IMG/VR virus record: IMGVR_UViG_3300050821_003463
Span: 30,544-94,543 of that record
DNA from: a virus
Length of the DNA stretch: 64,000 bases
Reading direction: 5' to 3' (one strand)
The notes beneath the pieces are model-generated. The model was not told the DNA's origin. It searched no databases and saw only the letters and a list, made by a program, of their open reading frames with translations. A program made the translations under genes and the position numbers. The number at the start of each line of letters is the position of its first letter. Position 1 is the first letter of the stretch. Positions 9,148 to 19,381 of the stretch are shown in pieces.

Positions 9148-10150
9148 AATACTCCCATATCCCGTTTGCGTAGTCAACGATAATCGTATCGCTCGGCAAG
9201 ACTTGCCCAGTCGCAACGAGTCTGCCCAGGGGTGTTGCGACGTGCTGGTCAATCGTCCGTTTCAGGTTACGGGCGTTATATCTCCGGTCGTACCCTTCCT
9301 TCAAGATTTGCCGCAAGCCCGAAGGGGAGACTTGAAACTCAAACTGTACGGGTGAGTGCGATGCGATCCGGTCCCACAGTTTCTCCAGCTCCAGGCTAAG
9401 GATCGAGTCGAGGTCGCTCGGCGTCAAAGTCTTGAACATGATGACCTTGTCGAGCCGGTTCAAGAACTCAGGCTTGAACTTGCTGCGTGCCGCAGCCATA
9501 GCGATCTCTTTCATCTGTGATTCGCTACGTTCCTTGGTGCTGCCAGTAAAACCAATTGCACTTTCATCGGCTAACTCAGCGGAGCCGACGTTGCTGGTCA
9601 TGATGATGACGGTAGAGGTCAAGTCGACGACCTCGTTCGCGCCCGTAGTCAGGGTACCCTTATCGAGAATGCCCAGCAAGAGATTCCACAGAGAGTCGCT
9701 CGCCTTCTCGATCTCATCGAACATGATAATCGTGAAGGGCATTAGCTCGCTGTGGGCAGTCCCTGAGCGTGCCGCGAGGACGCTTGCGTTCGTGAAGAAC
9801 GGGTGCGTCTCACGGTGTCCCAGGTAGCCTGGGGGAGAGCCGACCAACTTTGCGATCTCGTGGCTGTGTTGGAACTCCGCACAGTCCACCTTCAACATCT
9901 TCTTCGGGTCGCCAAATAGACCTTCAGCAAAAGCTTCCCCGACACCGGTCTTGCCGACTCCGGTAGGTCCGAGAAACAGCAGACTCGCTATCGGCTTCGT
10001 CCGGTCGTAAAATCCGCTCTGGAACTTCTCCAGAACGGAGGAGAGGGCTGTGGTCGCTTCAGTCTGTCCCACTATACGGAGAGAGAACCGCGACGCGAGT
10101 GCCTGTGCCTTGTAGCTCTGTCGATTCAGGTCTAGCTGTCGAACTGTCAT
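9098..10150 (-). CDS. ClpA/ClpB-type AAA+ ATPase, second (D2) module only
   Basis: IVGQ, GPTGVGKT, LVGSPPGYLG, FDEIEKA, MTSN, FKPEFLNRLD, YNARNLKR; start MTVRQ at 10150. Confidence 0.9.
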   Translation of the reverse strand: MTVRQLDLNRQSYKAQALASRFSLRIVGQTEATTALSSVLEKFQSGFYDRTKPIASLLFLGPTGVGKTGVGEAFAEGLFGDPKKMLKVDCAEFQHSHEIAKLVGSPPGYLGHRETHPFFTNASVLAARSGTAHSELMPFTIIMFDEIEKASDSLWNLLLGILDKGTLTTGANEVVDLTSTVIIMTSNVGSAELADESAIGFTGSTKERSESQMKEIAMAAARSKFKPEFLNRLDKVIMFKTLTPSDLDSILSLELEKLWDRIASHSPVQFEFQVSPSGLRQILKEGYDRRYNARNLKRTIDQHVATPLGRLVATGQVLPSDTIIVDYANGIWEYYAEPAKSDQQRGVSAG

Positions 10151-10160
10151 GCAACGCACC

Positions 10161-10916
10161 TCACTGGTCTTGAAGTTTTTGTTCGAGTTCTGCGATCTGT
10201 TGGTTGATGTCTTCAATCGGGTCGTCGTCGACGTCCGAAAGGTCAGGAGCGCCCATCTCTGCGGGTTCCGTGGGGTTGAAGTTCTCATCCGCCAGGAAGT
10301 TCGCACAGATCATCTCCAGCGCTGCGCCGTCGCTCGGATCGACGAAGTTTCCGTCATCATCCTTCGTCTGGGACTCAGGCATGTGCTTCTTCGCCAGAGC
10401 CAGAGCGGGCTTAACGCAGTTCTCACGCGCGAGTTTCTTCAGGTGGATGTTGAGCCACACCATTGATTCGTCTTCAGTAAGCCCAAGGATCGTTTCGACC
10501 TCAAACGTTACCTCTTCCAGGGACATACCGCTAGCTTTCTCGGTGAGTTCCTTGATGATGAGCGGCATTGGAACGCCTTTAAACTCACCCTCTAAATTCA
10601 GCCGAGAGATCACACGCAGCTTGCCCATCCCAACGGGCTCATACACATCGCGCCCCAGACCGACGCCCTTCATAAGTTCGATGACCTTGACGTAGTAGTA
10701 GGCACGGCTGTACTTAATGCTCAAACTCTTTGCGAACTTTGAGAAAGACTCGAAGTCAGGTGAGTAGTAGTGATTCGACTTCGCCTCGTGCAGCAAGTCA
10801 GCGATGTCAAATTCACTGCTGTTAAGACCTTTGATCAGCTTGTTGATATCCCTGCGCACCTTCGCGGCGCGCCCAGCTTCGATCTCTCCAACTACAGCAG
10901 GAATGTTTGGTTCCAT
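10161..10916 (-). CDS. Hypothetical protein
   Basis: 251 aa, GGAGG RBS. Confidence 0.65.
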   Translation of the reverse strand: MEPNIPAVVGEIEAGRAAKVRRDINKLIKGLNSSEFDIADLLHEAKSNHYYSPDFESFSKFAKSLSIKYSRAYYYVKVIELMKGVGLGRDVYEPVGMGKLRVISRLNLEGEFKGVPMPLIIKELTEKASGMSLEEVTFEVETILGLTEDESMVWLNIHLKKLARENCVKPALALAKKHMPESQTKDDDGNFVDPSDGAALEMICANFLADENFNPTEPAEMGAPDLSDVDDDPIEDINQQIAELEQKLQDQ

Positions 10917-11235
10917 TTACTTCCTCCCAAAGATGCGATTCAGATGACTCTCCTATTTCTTTGCTGGTTTTAGTCCGACATTCTCCATGCTGCATTCGAG
11001 AAACAAGTCAATGATCTTGACGTATGCAGCCGTAACATCACCCAACGCTTTGCGTAGCCGTCGATTTTCCTTAGCTAGGTCTTTCATTTTCACCCTTTCA
11101 GATGCACTATCATGAATGCGATGACGTTGATGATCGAGAACAAGAACACGCCAGCGGCAACGCTGTGCAACGCGAACCCCAGAGAGATCGACGCAGCAAG
11201 CAGCCACGCCAGAGCCGATACCTGTGTGTTCGACA

Positions 11236-11721
11236 TTACGCCCGCCCAACGTAGCTAACGAACCGGCTGGGGTCTGATAGCGGGTCATCTGCAGGACGTT
11301 CGTTCTCGACCGTGCCCTTGATATCTTCTTCGATAATGAGAAGAAGGATTTCACCGTTCAGCTTGAACTCGGTCCCGCTGTACTTTCCAAATACTACACG
11401 GTCGCCCGGGTTCACGTCAACAACTTTCGGTCCAATGGCGATCACGGTTCCTTCGGCGGGCTTCTCTTTCTCCATGTTCTCGGTGATCACGATGTTGGAC
11501 AACTCTTCAAGGGTGACGCGACGCACGAGGATTGTCGTTCCACGCGGACGGAAGGTTTGTTTAACGACGGGGGCGTGCTCAACGACGATGTCCGTCTCGT
11601 CGCGGGTCCCTTCGGGTGCGACGTTGCGGAAGATATCAGTATTTGCGTCGGGCACTTCGGTACCGCCCACTGCGAACTTAGCGCTGCGCGCGCCTGCTGC
11701 GAGATAATCTTTACGTGACAT
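11236..11721 (-). CDS. groES: Co-chaperonin GroES-like protein with N-terminal extension
   Basis: FRPRGTTILVRR...GTVIAIGP...PGDRVVFGKYSGTEFKLNGEILLLIIEEDIKG. Confidence 0.88.
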   Translation of the reverse strand: MSRKDYLAAGARSAKFAVGGTEVPDANTDIFRNVAPEGTRDETDIVVEHAPVVKQTFRPRGTTILVRRVTLEELSNIVITENMEKEKPAEGTVIAIGPKVVDVNPGDRVVFGKYSGTEFKLNGEILLLIIEEDIKGTVENERPADDPLSDPSRFVSYVGRA

Positions 11722-11921
11722 GATCCCTCCCTAAATTCCTAACCAGTCTTTTCGAAACTCAATCCCGGCTCGATTCGCCACCTCTACGATGCGGTCCCCC
11801 AGCTTCGGATCGATGCACGTCTCGGATGACATGCCCAGGGGCTCTTGACCAGAAGCAGCCAAGAAGTGCTCCATGAACACTCGCCCGTAATACGCCTTTG
11901 CGGAATCAAACATGCGCCCTC

Positions 11922-12245
11922 CTAAAAAATGAGATTCTGCGGGATGTCGGCTGGTTCGTCCACGAAGATGAAGTCGAGCCGCCCACCGTTATCCGCACCA
12001 AACGTGTTGATCTGGATATTCTTACCCAGGCGCTTCGCAGTGCCGACGATAGCCAACAGTTCGGGCGCTGAGATGGTGCTCGGTTTCAACTTGCCGTCGA
12101 CCTTCTCATACCCAACGACTGAGAAAAACGACTGGGTTGCGGGGTTGCGCAGGGTGCGAATATACTGCAGCGCTGCGGTCTTATACGCCTCGAACTTCTG
12201 CTTCGCGCTGATGCGCGTGACTGTCTCTTTGACTTGCTTCGCCAT
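11922..12245 (-). CDS. Hypothetical protein
   Basis: AGGAGG RBS. Confidence 0.6.
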   Translation of the reverse strand: MAKQVKETVTRISAKQKFEAYKTAALQYIRTLRNPATQSFFSVVGYEKVDGKLKPSTISAPELLAIVGTAKRLGKNIQINTFGADNGGRLDFIFVDEPADIPQNLIF

Positions 12246-12254
12246 GACTTCCTC

Positions 12255-13421
12255 CTATGTGTGCGCGTCGACCATCGGGTTCTTTCCCGAGGTCATCTGC
12301 TTGACCATCTTCCAGATGATAGCACGTTCGTCCTTGCCGTCCAACCTCGCGAACAGAATACCTGAATACTTTACAAACTCTGGTCGCTTTATGATCAGCG
12401 CCCAGTCCTTGCGAACCGGAATGTTGCCCGATTCTTTCCACTGCTGATTGAGCACTCCTTGGATTACGCTGTAAGAGGCAGCGGCTCCGTGCTCGATCTC
12501 TTTGTACTCGGCGGTCAGCGCACGCATCCACTTCTGTACGAATGCGCTGAACCACGGAGTGCTTTGCTTGAGATATTCGTCCAACTCTGATGACTGATTG
12601 GTCGCCAGAACTTCCCAGATTCGTTTGGGTGACACGCCTGTGACCATGCGGTGCAGTCTCAGGTATTCGATGAACTTCAGTTTCAAGCGGAAGGGCGGTT
12701 TGCCCTTCTGATACCATGTGGTGACATATCCCTCTTCGTCGAGCCCGCAGTAGATCATCGTCTCGTCGTGAACTGTCTTCAGAGTGGCGTTCTTCAGCTT
12801 TGGAGTCGCCAGCCCCCGCGAGTCTGCGAACGCGATCAGAGCCCCCGGTGAATACTCTTCGCCCGTCTCGTTATTGATCAGAGCTAGCAGGACCAGTTCC
12901 TTGCGCTCTTTGTAGTCTACGACGATACGTAGGTCGGGGTGTAGCCCTTCGAACACTGCAGTATAGCCAGGGAGCACTCCCAGAGATTCACCAAAACTCT
13001 TACGCAGCCATGCGGTCGCCCACTTCGCGTGAACGGAGTGAAACGAACCCTTGGACGCGAGGTAGTCAACTCCGTCCCAGGTGTATAACGTACACATGAA
13101 CCCATCCATCTTCTCCCACACAACGGGAGCCTGGAACGCCTCAGTACCGAGAACCCCCAGAACGTCTGTCGCCATCGGGTTCCCGTAGTTGTGGAACTTC
13201 TCGAACGGGCGCGAGACGATGTCGCCGGTCAACCAGTTAATAACAATGCCACGGCACTTGCTCGTGACCCCGTCCCACCTCTGCTCTTGCACAGTCTTGC
13301 GCGAGTAGGCGAAGATCGAAAGCGGGAACTCGCTATGGTTCTGCTGCGATACGTACCCCGTCTCGATATACTTCTCGCTGAACTCTGCGGGAGACATGCC
13401 GATATAGGTGAAGAAGTTCAT
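12255..13421 (-). CDS. T4 Rnl1-like RNA ligase
   Basis: KCRGIV, SRPFEKFHN, motif I EKMDG, FE, EGYV, LKLK. Confidence 0.9.
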   Translation of the reverse strand: MNFFTYIGMSPAEFSEKYIETGYVSQQNHSEFPLSIFAYSRKTVQEQRWDGVTSKCRGIVINWLTGDIVSRPFEKFHNYGNPMATDVLGVLGTEAFQAPVVWEKMDGFMCTLYTWDGVDYLASKGSFHSVHAKWATAWLRKSFGESLGVLPGYTAVFEGLHPDLRIVVDYKERKELVLLALINNETGEEYSPGALIAFADSRGLATPKLKNATLKTVHDETMIYCGLDEEGYVTTWYQKGKPPFRLKLKFIEYLRLHRMVTGVSPKRIWEVLATNQSSELDEYLKQSTPWFSAFVQKWMRALTAEYKEIEHGAAASYSVIQGVLNQQWKESGNIPVRKDWALIIKRPEFVKYSGILFARLDGKDERAIIWKMVKQMTSGKNPMVDAHT

Positions 13422-13644
13422 TTTCCATCCGTGAGCAGCACTGGCGTAGGCTGGGACTCGATGTGCGCGAGTACGTTAGCCGCCAGCAGAAAGTTGATCT
13501 TGTTCGCAGCCGCATGCTCCATCGCGTTGCCGGGGCGGTTGCGCCGACTGAGTCCTTGCTGTGGGTAAGTCTTGCCACCAAGCCACGAAAGCCTGGGGAC
13601 GTCGTGCCCAAATGGTTGCGCCATGTGTGATCTCCTCTATGTAC

Positions 13645-13674
13645 AGAATAGACGATTCAGTTGATGCTTGTCAA
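13645..13674 (-). promoter_or_regulatory. Sigma70-like promoter
   Basis: TTGACA-18 nt-TATTCT. Confidence 0.65.
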
Positions 13675-14744
13675 GGTTTTTCCGGATGAACCTCGAAATA
13701 TTTTTTCAGGCACGACAGACAGCCCGTGCCCGTGGGTCCGCACTTCGGAACCCTTATCCCCTTGTACTTTTTCGAGCCCTCACACGCTAGCGCCAAGCGC
13801 TCGGCGCGCGCCGCCTCTGCCGCTGCCTTGCGCACCTCCCGCCGCGCGTCCCGTATGACCCCGATGCGCCCGTCTATCGCCTTGAGCGACCGTGTCAACG
13901 CTAGCGCCTGCAGAAAGGCGTCGAAGTCCTGGGTGAACGCCTCGCGCCCCTCCGCGTGCCAGGGGTCGAAGTCGCCCGTCTCTTTGTCCAGTCGGAGGAC
14001 CCAGCGATCCTCAACCTGCTCGCCCGTCTCGCACTCGTACGCTGCCTGATACGCAGCCACCTGCATGAGATAAGTCACGTACAGGTAGTTGCTCGTCTTC
14101 CAGTCGGAGATGGTCAGCCGATCCTTAAACTCACTGGGACAGCAGAGTCGATCACTGCATGAGTCGACGATACATAGACCGTCCATCGTGCCCGCATAAA
14201 GGTGCTCCCGGTGAAAGACCTTCCGCTCGGTACTGCGCCACCGGACGTTGTGCGCGACCATCCACTCCACGGCTCCAATACAGCAGGAAGCGGCGCGCTC
14301 GTCCGTAGGTAGCTTCGCAAGTACTTCCAGTTCTCGATTGCGATTGTCCGAGAGGTTGCTCTTGATGAGTTCTTCGATCCACGAGTGCGCGTCATGCCCC
14401 GTCTCCCCCGCAGATTCGAGTTCCTCCCGATCTGCCTTCTTTGCCTCTGCGATGATTGCGTCTAGCTCAGCCTCGAACACCTGGATGCAGTCATCCGGTC
14501 CCAGGTGCCCCTCGACCAGCAGACGGCGCAACTTCTCCATTGCCTTTCGAACTGCCCACGGCATCAGCGCTGCTGACTTGTCGATGATCTTGACAACGCC
14601 AGTGACGCCCGCGAGTTCCTGAAGCTTGCCTTCGACTTCGCGCACCCACAGCCACTTGCTCGGACTAAAGCGCAGCCGTTCCGTGTCGCCGTAGAAGAAG
14701 TGAATCGCGCTTAGGTCATTGTACTTCTTGATGATCAGACTCAC
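13671..14744 (-). CDS. PD-(D/E)xK exonuclease (Cas4/RecB-like phage nuclease)
   Basis: GHDAHSWIE, TE, YAGTMD, DWKTS, QVAAY. Confidence 0.85.
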   Translation of the reverse strand: MSLIIKKYNDLSAIHFFYGDTERLRFSPSKWLWVREVEGKLQELAGVTGVVKIIDKSAALMPWAVRKAMEKLRRLLVEGHLGPDDCIQVFEAELDAIIAEAKKADREELESAGETGHDAHSWIEELIKSNLSDNRNRELEVLAKLPTDERAASCCIGAVEWMVAHNVRWRSTERKVFHREHLYAGTMDGLCIVDSCSDRLCCPSEFKDRLTISDWKTSNYLYVTYLMQVAAYQAAYECETGEQVEDRWVLRLDKETGDFDPWHAEGREAFTQDFDAFLQALALTRSLKAIDGRIGVIRDARREVRKAAAEAARAERLALACEGSKKYKGIRVPKCGPTGTGCLSCLKKYFEVHPEKP

Positions 14745-15019
14745 GCGATCCTCCGGATGTTTCGTGCTGCGACCCAGAGCCTGCCTGTCAGAGCGTGGAG
14801 GATTCGCACCTCGCCGTATCTAGGCTCGTCCGCTGCTGGCAGCGTTTCAATCTTGCCGTACCGCCAGCCGTCGTGAAAGTACTGAACGGCTTCCCCCTCA
14901 GTGAGCAGGTCCGCTGCCGCCTCATTCTGCTTCTGGTACCCGTCGATGATATCTCGCCCGACCACCGCGTCAGTCTGTGCTACAGGTTCCGCCTTCGTGC
15001 GCCGAGTCATTCGACCCAT
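14741..15019 (-). CDS. Hypothetical protein
   Basis: Coupled ORF. Confidence 0.5.
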   Translation of the reverse strand: MGRMTRRTKAEPVAQTDAVVGRDIIDGYQKQNEAAADLLTEGEAVQYFHDGWRYGKIETLPAADEPRYGEVRILHALTGRLWVAARNIRRIA

Positions 15020-15706
15020 GATTCACCTGATCTCTCTATACGTCGGTTTTGCGATTGCCTTGTGACACGCTATGCGCCCTTCATTCTCGTAGCAGAGCCA
15101 CCCATCAGCGAAGGCACCGATGACTACGACGTGATCCCTCACAATGAGCGTCATGCCCTGGTCACCTTTGACGTGCGTGTGGACGTGAAACGCTAACAGC
15201 ATATTCAAAACTGCGAGCGCTGCTCTGCATGTCATCTGTTTTTCCCCTAGTTGGTGAACTCGATGTTGCGCTGGATATCAGCGAAGATGCGCGCCCGGGC
15301 AGAGGCTTCGTCCACGGTGATGTAGAAGACGCCGCGCAGACCGTTAGACTCTTCGCGCGTGGCGATATCATCACTGTGAACGTGGTCGAGTAGAGATTTC
15401 ACGGGCGGGCTAACTCGCGGAACGTACACGAACGGCTCCGTCACCGGCATGCGAAATCCTGTATCTTCCGCAGGTGTGTTGTCTTGCGCGAGGAGTCTCA
15501 TCGAAGGTCCCCGTTATTGCGGCGCAACAGGTCCGCGAAGGATTTACTGGCTTGGTCGTACCCGATGTCCCACAGCTTGCGCTCGCCTTCAGTCTTGCGC
15601 GGGTTATTGCGCTTCTCGATTCCCATCTTGTATCCGAGTGCGCCCAGTGCGATGATTTCCTCGCGATTGGTGAACTTGATTCCAGCGACAGCTTCTTTCA
15701 GACCCT

Positions 15707-16045
15707 TCATTGTGCGACCTCCGGTAAATTCTTGTAGCCGATCAACTTTGCAACCGCGAGTATGACCGCAGCGTCAGCCGTGCCCTGAAGGAACGAACCG
15801 ATGTTGTAGCGATTCTTACTCGCCCACTGTGCTAGGGCTTGATCCGCCTGGGTGCCGAAGATATATCCCTTCCCTGACTTTGGCAACTTCCTAGCGTAGC
15901 GGTCAAGAGCTGTCTTTTGCCAGCCAGCCGCTCCGACAGGGAGAACTAGCCAGCTACGCGACGTCTCTCCCACAACTTCGTATCCTGCGTAGGTCACTTG
16001 GTACTCGTTTCGGACGTAGATGACCTCGCCCACTTTTGGTTTCAT
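15707..16045 (-). CDS. Hypothetical protein
   Basis: AGGAGG RBS. Confidence 0.55.
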   Translation of the reverse strand: MKPKVGEVIYVRNEYQVTYAGYEVVGETSRSWLVLPVGAAGWQKTALDRYARKLPKSGKGYIFGTQADQALAQWASKNRYNIGSFLQGTADAAVILAVAKLIGYKNLPEVAQ

Positions 16046-16054
16046 TCAATCCTC

Positions 16055-16879
16055 CTAGTTGTCGTTACACACTGCGTAATAGTGTTCTTCGTACATCTCC
16101 ACCAGCAACTTGTCGACCTTAGCATAGTCGGGCTTCGACTGCAAGGGAGAACTTTTATGCGCCTCTTCGAGCACCTTCAGACGCGCGCTCACGACGGAGC
16201 AAACCGTATCGAGTGACCACTTGCCCTGTCGAACTTCAAGCAACAGAGGCTTGTCGGGTCGAGGGTAGGTGATAGTGCCGGTCTGCAGTAGCTCAAAGCC
16301 TTCACTGCACAATCGGATCGCGTGCATCGCCGCCTTGGTGTCATACCCGTGCGTCTCCGTGAGTTCAGGGCGCTGTCCGTGCCTGCCCAGCCCCTTCTCT
16401 CCCAGGAGCCGCTTCATCTGCCCAGTTACGAAACCAGTGAAGTGCCCCGCCGCCGACTTCGCGACGATAGCGCCGCGCAGCTCACTCGCGTACGAGCCCC
16501 AGAGGGAGATATCCTGCATATCCCAGTTAAGCGCTAGCGCGTTCTCTGCGAAGAGAAAACTTAACGCAGTCGGGTTCCCCTGACACGCAAGCCGCGCCCA
16601 CCGACGCAGAGTGTACAATGTAATATCTGTATCCTCCGCGTTGTTGCGCCTGCTCATGTCACTAGTGCTCGTGACGCAGTGCTCGAACGGATGGAGCCCG
16701 AAGACGTGTTCCTTCGGCTCGATGAAGATGCCGTAGATATCTAGATCAGACTTCTCGGTCAGCCGCGCGCCGTGCAACGCAGAGCCGCCCTCGAAGAGAT
16801 GGAGCACATCTCTCGCCTCGCACGTTTGGCTAAACGCTGACTCGGTCACTGCATGCAGTAGCTGTTCTTTAGTTGCCAT
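16055..16879 (-). CDS. Pol-beta superfamily nucleotidyltransferase (YcgL/RlaP-like)
   Basis: GGSALHG...SDLDIYGIF, GNP, YDTKAAMHAIRL. Confidence 0.85.
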   Translation of the reverse strand: MATKEQLLHAVTESAFSQTCEARDVLHLFEGGSALHGARLTEKSDLDIYGIFIEPKEHVFGLHPFEHCVTSTSDMSRRNNAEDTDITLYTLRRWARLACQGNPTALSFLFAENALALNWDMQDISLWGSYASELRGAIVAKSAAGHFTGFVTGQMKRLLGEKGLGRHGQRPELTETHGYDTKAAMHAIRLCSEGFELLQTGTITYPRPDKPLLLEVRQGKWSLDTVCSVVSARLKVLEEAHKSSPLQSKPDYAKVDKLLVEMYEEHYYAVCNDN

Positions 16880-17337
16880 GCGATCCTCACTTTCGGTGCG
16901 AGTTCAAAGTACTCTTCCAGCGTTGTGCTCGGCGTGACGCCCAGATTGCGCGCGACGTTCTTCGCCCAGCGCTGCCAGTTGCCCGCATACCATTTTGCTA
17001 CCTGATTCAGCGTCATGTCCTGGCGATAATAGCGAGACTCCCCTATTAGCGCCTTCGCAATTTGGTGATCGAGCGCAGCCCAGCCCGCCGCGTCACTCTT
17101 GAAGATCACATGGTTCGCCTTGCCGATTCCGATCTGTCCTGGGTAGCGCTCACCGCGTCGCACCTTCAGGTCGCCCGGGTTGTGGTAGCGGTTAGGGATC
17201 GATCTGTATGTGTAAAAGCCCTCCGCGCGAGCAATCGCGTGTGCGAATAGATCAACTCTGTCCTGCGCCCAGCACGTACCCACCATACAGAAGCCGACCA
17301 ACTTCAGGATGACCAGCCGTAAGAGTGTGCGCGTCAT
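16846..17337 (-). CDS. Exported lysozyme-fold cell-wall hydrolase-like protein
   Basis: Signal peptide MTRTLLRLVILKLVGFCMVGTCWA; AIARAEG...RYHNPGDL...YA. Confidence 0.6.
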   Translation of the reverse strand: MTRTLLRLVILKLVGFCMVGTCWAQDRVDLFAHAIARAEGFYTYRSIPNRYHNPGDLKVRRGERYPGQIGIGKANHVIFKSDAAGWAALDHQIAKALIGESRYYRQDMTLNQVAKWYAGNWQRWAKNVARNLGVTPSTTLEEYFELAPKVRIAWQLKNSYCMQ

Positions 17338-17729
17338 TCGCACCCCGCATTCTCCGGATTCCCCCTGCTGAAGTCCCACATGGTTAGTTCTTTCGTTACC
17401 TGCTCGAACCTGTCGCACAAAAGATTCCCGGCGCTGCGTCGTGTCTTGAAGTCAATCGCACCTTCCAGGTATAGCTTCTCGATGAACCGAAACGCGTTGC
17501 CGAGATGCAGCAAGCCCTGCGCGCCTTGCGCGCCAGTTGTCGGTGGATTCTGAGCGCGCCGCGCCGCGTACGCGACTTCTAGATCGTACTCGCGCATCGC
17601 TTCGGAAAAGATCATCCTCGTGCCTGATGCCGTGCGCTCCGCAGTGAACCGGGGGATCGGGCGCAACGTCTCGATGTCCAGAGTGATATTCTCAGGTTCA
17701 GTGATACCAGATGGTTCAGGGTTATGCAT
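17334..17729 (-). CDS. Hypothetical protein
   Basis: AGGAGG RBS. Confidence 0.55.
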   Translation of the reverse strand: MHNPEPSGITEPENITLDIETLRPIPRFTAERTASGTRMIFSEAMREYDLEVAYAARRAQNPPTTGAQGAQGLLHLGNAFRFIEKLYLEGAIDFKTRRSAGNLLCDRFEQVTKELTMWDFSRGNPENAGCE

Positions 17730-17738
17730 TGTATCCTC

Positions 17739-18221
17739 CTATTTGCCGACCGCTGCTGCGAATGCACTGCATGCTTCTGATTCGTCCGCTTCCATGTAGA
17801 TCAGTGAGTTGCCCGGGTTCTTGTGTCCCAGGTACGCGACCAATTCCGCTACTCCCATGCCGCCTTTGTAGCCCAGCCGCCCGCAGGTGTGTTTCAGAGA
17901 GTGCGGATGGAGCAGGTGCTTCGGGATTCCGACCTTCGCGCCGTAAGCCTGCATCCTGCGCCATACTGTCATGCGACACAGGGGGAAGAACTGTCCTTTC
18001 ATCCCGACCAGCGCCAGCTCATCTGGCAGCAACTTCTGGGTCGTCTTCTTGCTACCCTTCAGCCGCTGCACTACGAGGTGCCCGTCTATCACGTTCGCAT
18101 CCGTCAACGCAATTACTTCGCTGACGCGCAGACCGTGATTAAACATCACCGTGAACATCAGCCGGTCACTGCCCGTGACATCGAGAAACCGTCCCAGTTC
18201 GTCCTTCGTGAGTGATTTCAT
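17739..18221 (-). CDS. Small tyrosine recombinase (FimB/FimE-like, catalytic domain only)
   Basis: HGLRVSE, RLKGS, HPHSLKH, LGH, catalytic Y in SLIY. Confidence 0.85.
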   Translation of the reverse strand: MKSLTKDELGRFLDVTGSDRLMFTVMFNHGLRVSEVIALTDANVIDGHLVVQRLKGSKKTTQKLLPDELALVGMKGQFFPLCRMTVWRRMQAYGAKVGIPKHLLHPHSLKHTCGRLGYKGGMGVAELVAYLGHKNPGNSLIYMEADESEACSAFAAAVGK

Positions 18222-18227
18222 GTTTCG

Positions 18228-18256
18228 ATACTACACGGTCGGGTCGACCTTGTCAA
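18228..18256 (-). promoter_or_regulatory. Sigma70-like promoter giving a leaderless recombinase mRNA
   Basis: TTGACA-17 nt-TAGTAT, 6 nt before the ATG, no RBS. Confidence 0.7.
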
Positions 18257-19128
18257 CCCCCTTGAAGAGAATCGCTAGCCGCAGTACGTTCGCCTTTTGT
18301 TCGACCTCTGCTTTTGGCTTACGTTCGAGGACCACCTCGCCCTCAAGTAGCAGCGTCTGCGTGCCGTCCCACTCGTCTCGGATTGTGATTTCATTCGCCA
18401 TCGCGCGTAGCCCTCTCCTGGCACTGTTTGCACAGATGCGTCTCAGTGACCTTGGGCGTGCCCTTGCCCACGCCGTACGTTAGCTTCGTACCGCAGGGCA
18501 GTGCGCCGCCGCTCACGACCTTGCCGTTATTGTCCAGCTTTCCGCATCCTGTCATGATGTCCTCTGATTCGGATATGTCATCCGAGGAAAACGCATCTTC
18601 CCATATTGTCCCGGGCTTGTGCGGTTGTCGCTATCCTCATCTACCACTACCGCGCCACAGTCGATGCACCAGCGCACGACGGCATCGCTCGCGGCACCGT
18701 GCCGTCGATAGATTTCAATGAGCATGTGATCATGCCCATCGCACTTATCTTTGACGGAGTCCATCCCCCTCATCGCTTGCCAGCCTTGCCCGACTCTGGG
18801 TCCATGACACTACTTGCGTACGCAGTCTTCACGGTCCAGACGCGCCGGTCGCCCTTGAACGCGATGACCATACCCGCCTTCGGCTTGAGCGATTCATCCA
18901 CCCAGTCGACCTTGTTGATCTCGCCCTGAGACGCGGGCGTTGTGAGGTGGCACTGCATCTGTAGACTCATCGCGCACCGCCACGTTGCGTGAACAGCCCG
19001 CTCTGGTGTCGGGGACCGATCTGCTGGATCGCCGCGCGCATACGCACGATAGTCCAGTCCTGCGACGGGTCCGACTTCTGAAGCAGCTTCTCGATTAGCT
19101 TTCGCATGATGTTCTCCTATCCTCGAAA

Positions 19129-19157
19129 ATACTATCAGCACCCCAGGTCGCTGTCAA
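19129..19157 (-). promoter_or_regulatory. Sigma70-like promoter with extended -10
   Basis: TTGACA-17 nt-TAGTAT with TGn. Confidence 0.7.
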
Positions 19158-19168
19158 GAGATAAAATC

Positions 19169-19381
19169 TCACCGGAAGTGCCTTCCTGTCTTCGGCGCGG
19201 AGGGGATTGGCTTCTTCGCCGTCAGACGATACGTAAGATAGTTAGACGGCTGAGGCACGACGATTGAGAAAACTTCCCAACCATCCTGTGCCCACTCGTT
19301 GCACGCTTGCTGTATCTTGTCGGGTTGCGTCCAACTGTCGACATTGTTTACGACTATGCGCGAACGGAATTCATATGTCAT
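19169..19381 (-). CDS. DUF4177-like small protein with C-terminal GRHFR
   Basis: YEFR...NEWAQDGWEVFSI. Confidence 0.6.
   Translation of the reverse strand: MTYEFRSRIVVNNVDSWTQPDKIQQACNEWAQDGWEVFSIVVPQPSNYLTYRLTAKKPIPSAPKTGRHFR

Noticed and set aside
13671-14744. Cas4-like nuclease as evidence for a CRISPR system
   Set aside because: No repeat-spacer array or other cas genes seen; it fits a stand-alone phage exonuclease
17739-18221. Prophage integrase with att site
   Set aside because: Lacks N-terminal binding domains; no att repeat or host genes in the window
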